Source: an uncultured Planctomycetales bacterium
Lineage (GTDB): Bacteria > Planctomycetota > Phycisphaerae > UBA1845 > Fen-1342
DNA: 64,000 nucleotides
Reading direction: 5' to 3'
NCBI GenBank assembly: GCA_964465125.1
Contig: CAYXIO010000010.1
Coordinates: forward strand, 9,244-73,243
Shown: positions 18,804-29,023 of the stretch, one piece after another
How the letters are laid out: each line of letters begins with the position of its first letter
Position numbering within the stretch: the stretch's first letter is position 1
Program-made: the position numbers and the translations under genes
Notes under the pieces: generated by a model
The model's input: the letters and a program-made list of their open reading frames with translations, nothing else
Told to the model about the DNA's origin: nothing
The model's database searches: none

Positions 18804-20210
18804 ATGGACATCTTCGACCTGACCTCTCGACGCGGTTTCATCAAGAGCGCACTCACCGCCGGCGTGGCCTTGGCCGGCTCGACGCACTTCGGCTGCGCCG
18901 CGCCTGGCGGTCGGCGGAAGGAACAGCCCGCCGCCCCGGCCCGGCCGCAGCTCGAACGGCCGAGCGAACCCACGCCGTACAGCGACCTGCGCATCGCGTA
19001 CATCGGCACCGGCGGCATCGGCGGGCACCACTTGGAGGAGACCTACAAGCACGGCGTGCAGTGCCCGTGCTTCTGCGACGTGGATCGCAACCGCATGGCC
19101 CGCTTCGCCGAGGCCTTTCCGGACGCGCGGCCGTACCAGGACTACCGCGAGTTGTTTGACCGGGAACACAAGAACTTTGACGCGGTGATGATCGGCGTCC
19201 CGGACCATCATCATTATCCGGCGACGATCAGCGCCATGCAGCTTGGCAAGCATGTCTATACCCAGAAGCCGCTCACGCACACGGTCTGGGAGGCCCGCCA
19301 ACTGGCCTTGGCCGCGCAGAAGTACAAGGTCACCACACAAATGGGTAACCAGGGCCACGCCAACGAGGGTAAACGGCTGATCTACGAGTTTGTGAACAGC
19401 GGTGCGCTAGGTGACATTCTCGAAGTACACACCTGGACGGACCGGCCGATCTGGCCGCAGGGGATTGACCGCCCCGAGGGTGAGGATGCGGCGCCCGCGC
19501 ATCTGGACTGGGACATCTGGCTTGGTCCCGCACCGCTGCGGCCGTTCAAGGAGAAGACCTATCACCCCTTCAACTGGCGCGGCTGGCTGGATTTCGGCTG
19601 CGGCGCCCTCGGCGACATGGCGTGTCACACGATGGACTGCATGTTCTGGGCGCTCGACCCCGGCCACGCCACGGCGGTCGAACCGCTCGCGCTGTGCCCC
19701 GTCAACGAGGAGACGTATCCCAGGGCCAGCATGATTCGCTGGGAATTCCCGCCGCGCGGCAAACGGGCGGGTTTTTCCGCTTACTGGTACGACGGCGGGT
19801 TGATGCCGCCGCTGCCGGTTTCGCTGGAGTTCGGCCGGCGGCTGGGGCAGACGGGCAACATCTTCCTCGGCACCAAGGCGTCGCTGCTTGTACAAGGCGA
19901 CTACGGTGAGAGCGTCCGCGTCTTTCCCGAAGCGAAGATGCAGGAGATCGGCAAGCCGCCGAAACTGCTGGAGCGCTCGCCGGGGCATTTCATCGAGTGG
20001 CTGGATGCCGCCGTCGGCGCAAAGCCGCTGGACTTCCCGAAGTCCAACTTCGCCTACGCCGCGCCGCTCACCGAAACGATCCTGCTCGGCAATGTGGCCC
20101 TGCGGCTGGGCCGGCGGCTGGAGTGGGACGGCGAGAGTCTACAGTTCACCAACGTGCCCGAGGCCAACGCGCTGGTCACAAAGGAATACCGCGACGGCTG
20201 GAAGATGTGA
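18804..20210 (+). CDS. TAT-exported Gfo/Idh/MocA-family oxidoreductase
   Basis: Twin-arginine signal MDIFDLTSRRGFIKSALTAGVALAG. IAYIGTGGIGGHHL...GVPDHHHYPATISAMQLGKHVYTQKPL. Confidence 0.8.
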   Translation: MDIFDLTSRRGFIKSALTAGVALAGSTHFGCAAPGGRRKEQPAAPARPQLERPSEPTPYSDLRIAYIGTGGIGGHHLEETYKHGVQCPCFCDVDRNRMARFAEAFPDARPYQDYRELFDREHKNFDAVMIGVPDHHHYPATISAMQLGKHVYTQKPLTHTVWEARQLALAAQKYKVTTQMGNQGHANEGKRLIYEFVNSGALGDILEVHTWTDRPIWPQGIDRPEGEDAAPAHLDWDIWLGPAPLRPFKEKTYHPFNWRGWLDFGCGALGDMACHTMDCMFWALDPGHATAVEPLALCPVNEETYPRASMIRWEFPPRGKRAGFSAYWYDGGLMPPLPVSLEFGRRLGQTGNIFLGTKASLLVQGDYGESVRVFPEAKMQEIGKPPKLLERSPGHFIEWLDAAVGAKPLDFPKSNFAYAAPLTETILLGNVALRLGRRLEWDGESLQFTNVPEANALVTKEYRDGWKM

Positions 20211-20249
20211 GCGGCGCTCACATCTTCCGTGGTGCCGCGCAGGGTACGC

Positions 20250-20687
20250 TTAGTTGGCCTTGACCGCGATCTTCCGCGGCAGGTGGGCCTGCACCTTCGG
20301 CAGGTGCAACGTCAGCACGCCGTCCTTGAGCGTGGCTTCCACGCGCTCCGCGTTCACCTCGACGGGCAACGTGACAATGCGCGTGAATTCGCCGGCAGCG
20401 CGCTCCTGGCGGTGATACACGCGTTGTTCATCGTCCGGCCGCACGCGCCGGCCCTTGATCGTCAGCTCGTTCGCGACCGCGTAGACCTCGAGGTCGTCGC
20501 GATTGAAGCCGGGCAACTCCGCTTCGACGCAGACGGCGTCGCCCGCGTCCCAGATGTTGAGCGCGGGAAAGGCGGCCGGCGGGGCGAAGGGCGAGTGGGC
20601 TGCGTCGAGGCCCAAGCCTGTGACAACGCGTTCCATCTCACGTCGCAGTTCATCGAACGGGTTCATGGGGAGTCTGGCAAGTCGCAT
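20250..20687 (-). CDS. Hsp20/alpha-crystallin small heat-shock protein
   Basis: GGAGG precedes ATG 20687. Alpha-crystallin domain NIWDAGDAVCVEAELPGF...GEFTRIVTLPVEVNAERVEATLKDGVLTLHLPK. Confidence 0.88.
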   Translation of the reverse strand: MRLARLPMNPFDELRREMERVVTGLGLDAAHSPFAPPAAFPALNIWDAGDAVCVEAELPGFNRDDLEVYAVANELTIKGRRVRPDDEQRVYHRQERAAGEFTRIVTLPVEVNAERVEATLKDGVLTLHLPKVQAHLPRKIAVKAN

Positions 20688-21009
20688 AACGCACCTCCGA
20701 CCTTCTAGGATTCCTGTTCTGTCCGGCGCCACACCTTGTGGCCGCCACACCAACCCGAAAGAGCAACGCGTGTGCCAGGTTCAAACCGCGGTGGACAGGA
20801 TCGCTAACTTGTTGGGGCAAGGCGGGTTATGCATTCAGGGCGTCAGCGGGGCGGGGCGGGGCGCCCGGCCAGCTTGACAGGCGCGGCAGGCAGCCCGTTC
20901 TTGACGGGGCTCCCCGCGGTTGGCGGTCTGCACGCTAAGGAGCAAGCCGCGCGTCGTAAACCTCTGGACGACATGCGGCGGCGGTTGTGCTGCGCACGCG
21001 TGACGCGGG

Positions 21010-21315
21010 TCAGGATTCGTCCCCGTCCGCGGGGAACGCCACGCACACCCGACAGGTGTTTGGATCCCGCAGCGTGATGCGGACGACGCGCGCGGCTTCC
21101 GCGACCTGCCAGGTCATCCCCGGCGTCAACTCGACGTGCAGCTTTACGCGCCCGTCGATGCGCCGCGCGTCACGCTGCGGAACGCTGAAGGACACGCCGC
21201 CCGGCGACAGGTCCAACATGTCGCACTCGCCGACATGCACCCCGCACTGCCAGCGCATGCGCCCACCGAATAGCACCCGACTGCTCCGCCGTCGATCCCG
21301 CCGCGCATTCGACAT
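21010..21315 (-). CDS. Small PilZ-like protein 1
   Basis: RRDRRRSSRVLF (RxxxR) followed by DLSPGGVSF (DxSxxG). 101 aa. Confidence 0.6.
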   Translation of the reverse strand: MSNARRDRRRSSRVLFGGRMRWQCGVHVGECDMLDLSPGGVSFSVPQRDARRIDGRVKLHVELTPGMTWQVAEAARVVRITLRDPNTCRVCVAFPADGDES

Positions 21316-21324
21316 GACCTCTCC

Positions 21325-21609
21325 CTACCGCTCGGTCCGCGCCGCCACCAGCATCAGGTGCGCATCGTACGGGGCCACGCGCGTCACGCAGCAACTTCGC
21401 CGGGCCCCGCCGGCGTCCTGCACCTCGAGCCGCTCACCGGGGCGCGGCGGCGCGGCGGCGCCCACGACGAACGAGAGGCTCCGCACCGAGACGTCGCTCA
21501 GCCACGCACGGTGTAGCTCGTCGTCGTCTGCGCGCCGCCAGCGGATCCGGCCGCCCACCGGTCGCCGCCGTTCGGTTCTGCGATCTGACACGTTTTTCTC
21601 GTCTGTCAT
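21325..21609 (-). CDS. Small PilZ-like protein 2
   Basis: RRTERRRPVGGRIRW followed by DVSVRSLSF. ATG 21609 has an upstream GAGG. Confidence 0.55.
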   Translation of the reverse strand: MTDEKNVSDRRTERRRPVGGRIRWRRADDDELHRAWLSDVSVRSLSFVVGAAAPPRPGERLEVQDAGGARRSCCVTRVAPYDAHLMLVAARTER

Positions 21610-21916
21610 GATGCACCTCATCGAACTCGGCCGCCACGCGACTGGTGGTGGCCGATAACGGGTCAATGCGAAGCACTCGTGCGGTCCGACGCCAAGGCCC
21701 GCCGCGGCCGATCAGATGCAGGAACTCACCTTTTCGGGGGGTTTGCTCGCGTGGCGTCAGCAGGGCGAGGCCGGTTTCAGAAATGCCGACGAGCAGGGCC
21801 GTGCGGAGCGGCGTGCGCCCGGCGGGCCGCCAGACCACCTGTCGCCAAAGCGGTACGCGCTCGCTGCGCCGCCGGGTCAGCCCGGCCCGGTCCCTGCGTC
21901 TGCGATCCAGGTTCAT
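21434..21916 (-). CDS. Small PilZ-like protein 3, with a 3' tail overlapping protein 2 out of frame
   Basis: GGAGA precedes ATG 21916. RRRSERVPLWRQVVW followed by GISETGLAL. The domain appears to end near AAEFDEV, but the ORF continues about 175 nt into gene 2. Confidence 0.45.
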   Translation of the reverse strand: MNLDRRRRDRAGLTRRRSERVPLWRQVVWRPAGRTPLRTALLVGISETGLALLTPREQTPRKGEFLHLIGRGGPWRRTARVLRIDPLSATTSRVAAEFDEVHHDRREKRVRSQNRTAATGGRPDPLAARRRRRATPCVAERRLGAEPLVRRGRRRAAAPR

Positions 21917-22268
21917 CCGTCGTATCTCCGTCCGAGCGGAGCCGCGGCGAAGGGTCCTTGCGGTCTCGCGCAAGGATTGTCGGTTGTCTATGCCGGTGAA
22001 TTTGCTGGGGGGCGCGTAGACGGGATTTCCCCGACCTGCCCAAGAATGCCGGAAATCGCAGGCCCCGCGTCGGGTGAATATCGGGATCGAGGGCGTGTGT
22101 CCGGAAACCGTTCGCTACCAACTACCGGTAAACGTTGGGGCGACGCCGGCGTACGTCGGAACGCGACGCGACAGCGAGGGCCCAGCGGCAAAAAACCGCA
22201 TCCGCCGGGCGCTAGCTGGCGCGTCGCGTTCTGAACACGGGGCCACTGTCCCGTCTGTGGGTCGTGCC

Positions 22269-24608
22269 CTATGGACAGCCCTGGCCGAGCCGGGCAATCA
22301 GCGGGTTGATGTCGTCGAAATCCACAACGCCGGACGCATCCACGTCGCAATTCGCATACTGGCAAGACGGCGGCTGGCCCAACTGCGCCATGTGCATGTC
22401 GATCCAGGCTTGCTCGCCGCCCAGGGCCGCGACGAAGAAGCCGATGTCGTCGAAGTCCACGTCGTTGTCGCAGTCGCAGTCGCCCCGGCAGATCGGCAGC
22501 GACTCAACCACGGAAAACGTCGCCGCGCTCTCGCCCCACGGGCCGTAGGTGGCGTCCGCGTGGTAGGAGCGCACGCGGACCTTGCAGTTGTTGCTGAGCA
22601 CGGTCGGGGTCCAGGAAGTCGAGGTGGCGCCGTAGGGGGTGAGGGCGATCACGTCGGTCCAGGGCGTCGTATCGGACACCATCTGGACATAATCGACCCA
22701 GACCGAGTCATTACCACTGGTCACACTGGCGTTCTTTGTGTACTCCCATTTGACGGTGTGGTTGCCGGCCGAAAGAGTTGTGGAGTAGGACTGCCAGCCG
22801 CCACCGGTGCCGGAGGCGTGGACGACGCGGTTGCCGTCCACGTAGAAGTTGAAGTAGTCACCGTTCGCTTCGCTGCTGACCAGGTACCAGAAGCTGAAGT
22901 TGCCTTGCGAGGCGGTGCGCGACATCCAGGTGGTCTGGTTATGGGCGATCACGCCGGCGCGGGCCGAGCGTGTGCCGACGAGCGCGAACTGGGAGCTGAT
23001 GGCCCAGTTGGCGTTGCCGCCGGTTTGGTAGTCCGCGCCGAGCGAGGTGCGTTCGAAGCTGTCGGTGAGGTTGCCGATCTGCCCCCAGTTGGTCGTCACC
23101 TGCACGTGGTAGCGATAAGTGGGGTTGACATTGGTCCACGCGATATCAGCGGGGACGCTGATGGGCAACTGCTCGCCGCCGTTGGGGTACGTAACGACCG
23201 GCGGCGGGGACATTGGCAGGTCGAGGTGCAGGGACTGCCCAGTTGTGACGACCACATTGGAGACGGTCAACGGCTCATAGCCGGGCGCGGCTACCGAAAG
23301 CATGTACGTGCCTGCGGGCAAGTAGCCGTGGTAGCGTCCGAAGCGGCCGGAGTGGTTGTACTCGCCGTTGGAGAAGCCCGCGCCGACGTAGTTGATCGTG
23401 GCGTTGACGATCGGCTCGCCGGTGAGGGCGTTTGTGACGTAGCCCCAGAGCGGGACGGTCCGCTGGATGGCCCACAGAATGCCGGGCCAGACCAGGGCGG
23501 CCTCGGCCTGCGCGCTGGCGTACGACGGCTGGAACTCGGTGTGGGTCTCGATCAGGTTCGCGGCGGCGCCCATGTAGGCGAGCTGCCACTCGTAGTGCTC
23601 GCCCTCCGCGCTGGGGGCGCGCGTGGCACCGCCGTAGCCGGAGGCGGTGGCGAGGGCCGCGGCTTCGCTCTGTAGATAAGCGGTGTGTGGATGCGTCAGA
23701 CAGTTGTACGAGTACAGTACCTCGCGTCCGGACGAGTGGTAGTCAATGACGCGGTGGAAATGACGGCCCTGGCTCCAGGCGATCATGGTTTGCGTTTCCG
23801 CTTCGGACGCGGCCGACGGACCTTTGTACGTTTCGGAAGCGGGGTTGGTGTCGCCGGAGCAGGCCGAGTCCCAGCCCATCGGGTAGTTGCGGTTGAGGTC
23901 AACTCCCGTGCCGCCGGCGAACACGTGCCGGTTTTTTCGCCACATGTTGTCGGTATTGTACATGTAGTTGTAGCCGTCCGGATTCCACACAGGGGCGATC
24001 CAGATCTCGTTGTTGTTGACCGCCGCCGTGATGTTCGGGTCGGAGCCATATTGCGACGTGAGCTGGTTGAGGGCGTGGAGTGCAATGACCGGGGTTACGA
24101 CCTCGCGGGCGTGGTGGCAGCTCACGATCAGCACCGCCGGCTCGTCCTCATCGCTGGCGACGTTGTCCGACACCTTGACCGCAAACAGGTGGCGGCCCTC
24201 GACGGTGGTCGGTGCGCCGTACAGGGCCGTCACGTCCACCATCTGGCAAATCGACGGGTAGGCGGTCGCCTTGGCGGTCATCTCGGCGTAGAGGCCGTTC
24301 AGGTCGAGATAACCCGGCGGCAGGTCCGGCGCCTGCTCCGCGAGGATGTCGCGGAAGGGCCGGCCGATCGCCAGCGTTTCCGGCTCGTAACCCAGGTCTT
24401 TCAACAGTTGGAGATACGGTTCCGAGACGATCAACTCGAGCGACTTATCGGTCACCGAGCCCTCGAGCACGTCGAAGCCCGCACGCTCCAATTCGACGGC
24501 CACAGCGCGGGCATCATCAGCCGCCACTTTCACGTGGCGGAGCGGCTCGGCCTGTGCGGTAGCAACAAGACTGGCGACGAGGACGAGGGTCCAAACGAGG
24601 TGCTTCAC
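22269..24608 (-). CDS. Secreted M14 zinc carboxypeptidase with CarboxypepD_reg-like domain and C-terminal dockerin-like pair
   Basis: Signal peptide MKHLVWTLVLVASLVATAQA (GTG start, upstream GGAGA). M14 motifs HAREVVT, NPDGY, DLNRNYP. The C-terminus is CRGDCDCDNDVDFDDIGFFVAAL ... CDVDASGVVDFDDINPLIARLGQGCP. Confidence 0.85.
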   Translation of the reverse strand: MKHLVWTLVLVASLVATAQAEPLRHVKVAADDARAVAVELERAGFDVLEGSVTDKSLELIVSEPYLQLLKDLGYEPETLAIGRPFRDILAEQAPDLPPGYLDLNGLYAEMTAKATAYPSICQMVDVTALYGAPTTVEGRHLFAVKVSDNVASDEDEPAVLIVSCHHAREVVTPVIALHALNQLTSQYGSDPNITAAVNNNEIWIAPVWNPDGYNYMYNTDNMWRKNRHVFAGGTGVDLNRNYPMGWDSACSGDTNPASETYKGPSAASEAETQTMIAWSQGRHFHRVIDYHSSGREVLYSYNCLTHPHTAYLQSEAAALATASGYGGATRAPSAEGEHYEWQLAYMGAAANLIETHTEFQPSYASAQAEAALVWPGILWAIQRTVPLWGYVTNALTGEPIVNATINYVGAGFSNGEYNHSGRFGRYHGYLPAGTYMLSVAAPGYEPLTVSNVVVTTGQSLHLDLPMSPPPVVTYPNGGEQLPISVPADIAWTNVNPTYRYHVQVTTNWGQIGNLTDSFERTSLGADYQTGGNANWAISSQFALVGTRSARAGVIAHNQTTWMSRTASQGNFSFWYLVSSEANGDYFNFYVDGNRVVHASGTGGGWQSYSTTLSAGNHTVKWEYTKNASVTSGNDSVWVDYVQMVSDTTPWTDVIALTPYGATSTSWTPTVLSNNCKVRVRSYHADATYGPWGESAATFSVVESLPICRGDCDCDNDVDFDDIGFFVAALGGEQAWIDMHMAQLGQPPSCQYANCDVDASGVVDFDDINPLIARLGQGCP

Positions 24609-24903
24609 GGTCGATCTCCAGTAGGGGGCGCGGGGCTTTGCTGCGCAGGAGCGTCCGCCGGTCCCAGGACGTGACGGTCATCGGCGGCCGGTTCGGTCAT
24701 GCGCGGGCGAATAACGGCGTTGAGCCATGGGACGAGGGTTGCCTCTGACCCTCTGCCGGGCGGCCACGTGGGGGCCGCCACGAGCCACCCCTATCATATC
24801 GCCGCCGCCACCGGCGACGAAGCCGATTTGTAGGTTCACGTCGGATGGGGGCGTTTCCGACCGCCCGCGAGTCGGCCGGGCGCGGCGAGTACAATCCGCC
24901 GTG

Positions 24904-25875
24904 ATGGGTCTGGTCACCGCCCCGCCGGCGCTGCTCTGCGTGCGCGAACTACGCGTGCATTTTCAGACGCGCCGGGGACTGTTCCGCCGCACTGCCGCGG
25001 TGCTGCGGGCGGTGGATGGCGTTTCGCTGGAATTGCCGCGCGGCCGGACACTCGGCCTGGTGGGCGAGAGCGGGTGCGGAAAGTCCACCTTGGCCAGGGC
25101 GATTCTGCGTCTGATACCCGCCACGTCGGGCCAGGTTGTCTTCGATGGACAGGATGTTCTGGGACTTTCAGCGCGTGAGTTGCGTCGGCTGCGGCGAAGT
25201 GCGCAGCTCGTCTTTCAGGACCCCTACGGAAGTTTGAACCCGCGCCTGCGCGTCGAGACGATCGTGGGCGAAGCGCTGACCGTCCACGGCCTCGTCCGCA
25301 ACCGGGCGGAACGCCGCACGCGCGTCGCGGAGTTGCTCGGGCGGGTCGGGCTGGCCGCCGACGCACTGGACCGCTTTCCACACGAGTTCTCCGGCGGGCA
25401 GCGGCAACGCATCGGAATCGCGCGGGCGCTGGCGGTTCAACCGGCGCTGTTGGTGTGTGACGAGCCGGTGTCGGCGCTCGACGTATCGATCCAGGCGCAA
25501 ATCCTGAATCTGCTGGCCGAGCTTCAGGAGCAGTTCGGTTTGACCTACCTGTTCATTGCGCACAGCCTGGCGGTGGTGCGGCACTTGTGTGATGAGGTCG
25601 CCGTCATGTACCTGGGCCGCATCGTCGAGTACGCGCCCGCCGACGAGTTGTTCGCGAACCCGCGGCACCCGTACACGCAAGCGTTGTGCGCGGCCGCGAC
25701 CGACTTTGCCGACAGACTCGCCGGCGAGCCGCCCAGCCCGCTGGACGCGCCGGCGGGCTGTCCGTTTCAGCCGCGCTGTACGCGGGCGGAGGCGCGCTGC
25801 CAGAGCAAGTGCCCGGGCCTGGACACGCGCCCCGGACTGCCTGCGCCGCACCGCGTCGCGTGCCACTTCGCTTAG
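24904..25875 (+). CDS. ABC transporter ATP-binding protein, OppF/DppF-like (orphan)
   Basis: Walker [10 protein letters not shown], signature [15 protein letters not shown], Walker [13 protein letters not shown], and a C-terminal oligopeptide-type extension (PRHPYTQAL...CPFQPRC). No permease or binding-protein gene is adjacent. Confidence 0.85.
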   Translation: MGLVTAPPALLCVRELRVHFQTRRGLFRRTAAVLRAVDGVSLELPRGRTLGLVGESGCGKSTLARAILRLIPATSGQVVFDGQDVLGLSARELRRLRRSAQLVFQDPYGSLNPRLRVETIVGEALTVHGLVRNRAERRTRVAELLGRVGLAADALDRFPHEFSGGQRQRIGIARALAVQPALLVCDEPVSALDVSIQAQILNLLAELQEQFGLTYLFIAHSLAVVRHLCDEVAVMYLGRIVEYAPADELFANPRHPYTQALCAAATDFADRLAGEPPSPLDAPAGCPFQPRCTRAEARCQSKCPGLDTRPGLPAPHRVACHFA

Positions 25876-26000
25876 TACTGCGTCGGTTTTTGGGGCGAGT
25901 TGGGCGTGGAGTTGTCCCGGTTTCGCACCGGCGGGACGCCGATGCTCCCGGCGCACGAGGGCGAAACCCGGCGTAGAATGCCCCGCGCGGGGCGAAGCTG

Positions 26001-26879
26001 GTGTGCGGCGTGCGTGGTGCTTACCTACAAGGGCTGGTGCCGGTGTTGGCGTGGGGCGCATCGTTCGTGGTGACGCGCATCGCGCTCGAGAGTTTCAGCG
26101 CCTACGGCCTGGTGGCCACTCGGGGCTGGGCAGGGGCGCTGCTCCTGGCCGGGTTGCTGGGGACCGTCGGCGCGCGCCTGCACGTGGCGCGTGCGGACCG
26201 CCCCCTCGCGATCTTCCTGGGTGTGGTCCTGGCGGTCCACCTGCTGCTCCAGGCCCACGGCCTGCGCTACACCTCCGCCATCAACACTGGCTGGATCATC
26301 GGCTTCATCCCCGTCACCATCGCGATCGGCGCCCACGCTCTGGGGCAACAACGGCTCCGCCTGCTGGGTTGGGCGGGCGTGCTGGTCGGAACGGCGGGCG
26401 TGCTGGCGGTGACCCTGCGGACGCCGCCGAACTTCGCGCAGGCCCGCTGGGGCGACCTGCTCCAGGTCGCCTCGTGTTTCACGTGGACGATCTACACGCT
26501 GGCGGGCGCGCGGCTGATGCAGCGCACCGGCGCCCTGGCGCTATCGACCCTGACGATGGCCATCGCGGCGCTGCTGGTCAGTCCGGTGGCGGCGTACGCG
26601 GGTTGGCAAAGCGGGCCGTGGACGGGGAGCGGGTTGCTCGCGATGGCGTTTCTGGGGCTGATTTGCAGCGGAATCGCGTACTACCTGTGGTTCGCGGCGC
26701 AGCACGCGCTGGGGCCGGCCCGGCTCGGCGCCCTGCTATACCTCGAGCCGTTTTCGACGCTCGCCGCCGGGGTCGTGTTGGTTCACGAGCCCGTGACGCT
26801 CAACGCGCTGGTGGGTGGTCTGGGGGTGCTGCTCGGCGTGTGGCTCGTGGCGCATGGAACGACGCGCGGGGCGACGTAG
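26001..26879 (+). CDS. EamA/DMT-family transporter
   Basis: Ten hydrophobic segments in two EamA-like halves (LAWGASFVVTRIAL..., CSGIAYYLWFAAQHALG). The GTG start is uncertain. Confidence 0.7.
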   Translation: MCGVRGAYLQGLVPVLAWGASFVVTRIALESFSAYGLVATRGWAGALLLAGLLGTVGARLHVARADRPLAIFLGVVLAVHLLLQAHGLRYTSAINTGWIIGFIPVTIAIGAHALGQQRLRLLGWAGVLVGTAGVLAVTLRTPPNFAQARWGDLLQVASCFTWTIYTLAGARLMQRTGALALSTLTMAIAALLVSPVAAYAGWQSGPWTGSGLLAMAFLGLICSGIAYYLWFAAQHALGPARLGALLYLEPFSTLAAGVVLVHEPVTLNALVGGLGVLLGVWLVAHGTTRGAT

Positions 26880-26901
26880 CGGAACGCAGCGCTGGCGTGC
26901 G

Positions 26902-28653
26902 TCAATACGCCCTGCGGGCGACGTCACCCAGGTCGCGGGCGGATTCGGTCAGGACGCGCACCGGTTCGGCGGGGAGAAACAGCTCGGCCCGCAGACCCGC
27001 GCTCTCCACGTAAAGGCCCAGGCCGATGAGCGGCGACTCACGCGGGCTGATCGTCAGCGCCGGCAGGGGCAAACCCGCCTCTTCAATGAGCGTGAGCAGG
27101 CCGCTGAACAGCCGCGGCAGATCGGCCAACAGGCAGAAGTGCGGTTGGGTCGAGAGCCGGGCGAGGGCCGCATTCACGCGGGCATCCGCGATGAGCCGCG
27201 GAGTCTCCGCGTTGAGCAGCCCCGTCAGCGTCGCACGGGCCGCGTCGCGCGGACCGCAGACAAACGCCAGGCCGTCCGCATGGGAGGCCGCGTAAAACGA
27301 CCCGTCCTCGCCGTAAAGTGATTTCAGCAGCGCGTGAGAGGTGTCCCCGGTGGCTTCGACGTCAAGCTGGTAACGGTCCGCGTCCACCCCGGCGACCTGC
27401 TCGCTTGGCTGCGGCGTCACGGCCATCGGGAACGTGCCCCACGACTTCAACAGCGCGGGCGTCAGCGTGCAGACCGCACGCAAATCGCGCTTCACACCCT
27501 CCGCGTCGGTCGTGAAATGCAGCCCCCAGTAGAGCATGCCCGGCGCGCCCGGCGAAAAGTCGCACGCCGCGCTGCCGCCGGTCAGCTTGCGATGCATGTC
27601 CAGACTGCGCTGGAGGACCGCGTCGATCCGCTCGGCCCCGACCTTCTCCTTGAGTGCGTCCCCGGCAAACAGCGCGCGGCAGAGCGATGTGTTCCAGCTT
27701 TCGCCGCCGGCTGGCTCGGGCCACTCGTAGGAAAGCACGACATCTGCGGGTCGGCTGGGCAAGCCGCGCAGCAGCGGGCGCGTCGGCCGTGGAATCGCCG
27801 CGAGGTATTTCGCGATGCGGCCGTCGGCGGCGAACCGGGCGCGCGGCACGAGGAACACGCCGTCGGCGTCCAGGCGCAATGTCAAGCTGAACATCTGGGC
27901 CTCGGCCAACGCGTGGCGGGTTTGCCCAAGCAGCCAATCCCAGAACTTGAGTGCGATTTCCGCGTCGGAGGCGTTCGCCGCCATGCCCAGGTAGAGGCAG
28001 CGGGCGGCCAGCGACAGATGGGATTCCAGAGTCTCGCGCCAGGCCGGGACGTCGACCAGCACGAAGGCCTGCCAGCCGCGTGGGGCGGCGGCGACTTCCA
28101 GGCGGAGTTGGGCTACGAATTTGCCGGAGGCGTCGAGCGCCCGGCGCAGCTCGTCCTTTTCGCGCACCACAAGCACGACCCCTTCGGTCGTGGTGGCGAC
28201 ACACTGTTCGCCGCCGAACTCGTAGACCAGCACGCCGTCGCGCAGGCGGGTGGGTTGCGTGGCGGGCAGCCAGGCATCGCTGCGGCTGCGCGTGGCGATG
28301 AGCAGCGGCTCCGGGCTGGTGGCCGAAAGAGCGACGGCCACGGCCCCGCCGGTATCCAGCGCCCCCGCCGCCTGGCCGAGGAAGTTCTCCAGCACGCTGC
28401 GCGGGGCGAATTCGGCGAGTTCCGGGACACCCGCGGCGGTGCCGAAGGCGGCGGCGCCGCGCGTAAGGTCATCCAAACGCGGCACGAGCAGCAGGACGTG
28501 CGTGTCGTCGGGGACGTAGCGCAGGACGGCTGCGACACTCGGGCTCAGCGCGGCGGGTGCGGTGGTCGGCGCGGGCGCGCTGGCGGGCGTTTGCGCGAGT
28601 GCGCTGGCGCCGAGCGTGATCGTGAGACACAAGCTCGCGGCCCATCGCCGCAT
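26902..28653 (-). CDS. Secreted protein of unknown function
   Basis: ATG 28653 gives the signal peptide MRRWAASLCLTITLGASALAQTP. 583 aa with no motif I can name. Confidence 0.55.
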   Translation of the reverse strand: MRRWAASLCLTITLGASALAQTPASAPAPTTAPAALSPSVAAVLRYVPDDTHVLLLVPRLDDLTRGAAAFGTAAGVPELAEFAPRSVLENFLGQAAGALDTGGAVAVALSATSPEPLLIATRSRSDAWLPATQPTRLRDGVLVYEFGGEQCVATTTEGVVLVVREKDELRRALDASGKFVAQLRLEVAAAPRGWQAFVLVDVPAWRETLESHLSLAARCLYLGMAANASDAEIALKFWDWLLGQTRHALAEAQMFSLTLRLDADGVFLVPRARFAADGRIAKYLAAIPRPTRPLLRGLPSRPADVVLSYEWPEPAGGESWNTSLCRALFAGDALKEKVGAERIDAVLQRSLDMHRKLTGGSAACDFSPGAPGMLYWGLHFTTDAEGVKRDLRAVCTLTPALLKSWGTFPMAVTPQPSEQVAGVDADRYQLDVEATGDTSHALLKSLYGEDGSFYAASHADGLAFVCGPRDAARATLTGLLNAETPRLIADARVNAALARLSTQPHFCLLADLPRLFSGLLTLIEEAGLPLPALTISPRESPLIGLGLYVESAGLRAELFLPAEPVRVLTESARDLGDVARRAY

Positions 28654-28871
28654 CTTCCGGCTCCCTGACCCAGGCGTGCCGCACGCGCGAGCGGTCCAAC
28701 CGCAAGCGCGACGGCGCCGCACACTGATTACAGCCCCGCGACGGGTGGAAGTCGAGTTTCGCGGGACAACTTCCGACAACGGCCACGGGAGCGGGGATTA
28801 TAGGTTATCGGCGCGTGATCGTTCAACGGCGTGGAATTGCGGGGACCGGCGGTTGCGGCCGATACACTGGC

Positions 28872-28942
28872 GTGGAGCACGGACTATCAGTCCGTGCGTG
28901 GAGCACAGAGTGTGTGGAGCACAGACTATTAGTCTGTGCGAC
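28872..28942. repeat. Family B palindromic repeat cluster (2 full copies plus 1 partial)
   Basis: gtggagcacggactatcagtccgtgcg, tggagcacagagtgtg (partial) and tggagcacagactattagtctgtgcgac. The core is the 20-nt palindrome gcacagacta-tcagtctgtgc. Confidence 0.85.
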
Positions 28943-29023
28943 ATCCGTACAAGACCGTGACGCTCTGAATCTCGGCGCGGTGTCCGCGGGCGGGGCACGG
29001 CGCCGACGAAGATGTGAGCAATC

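Noticed and set aside
22074-24674. 533-aa and 329-aa plus-strand ORFs
   Set aside because: They are antisense to the M14 carboxypeptidase gene and have no motifs.
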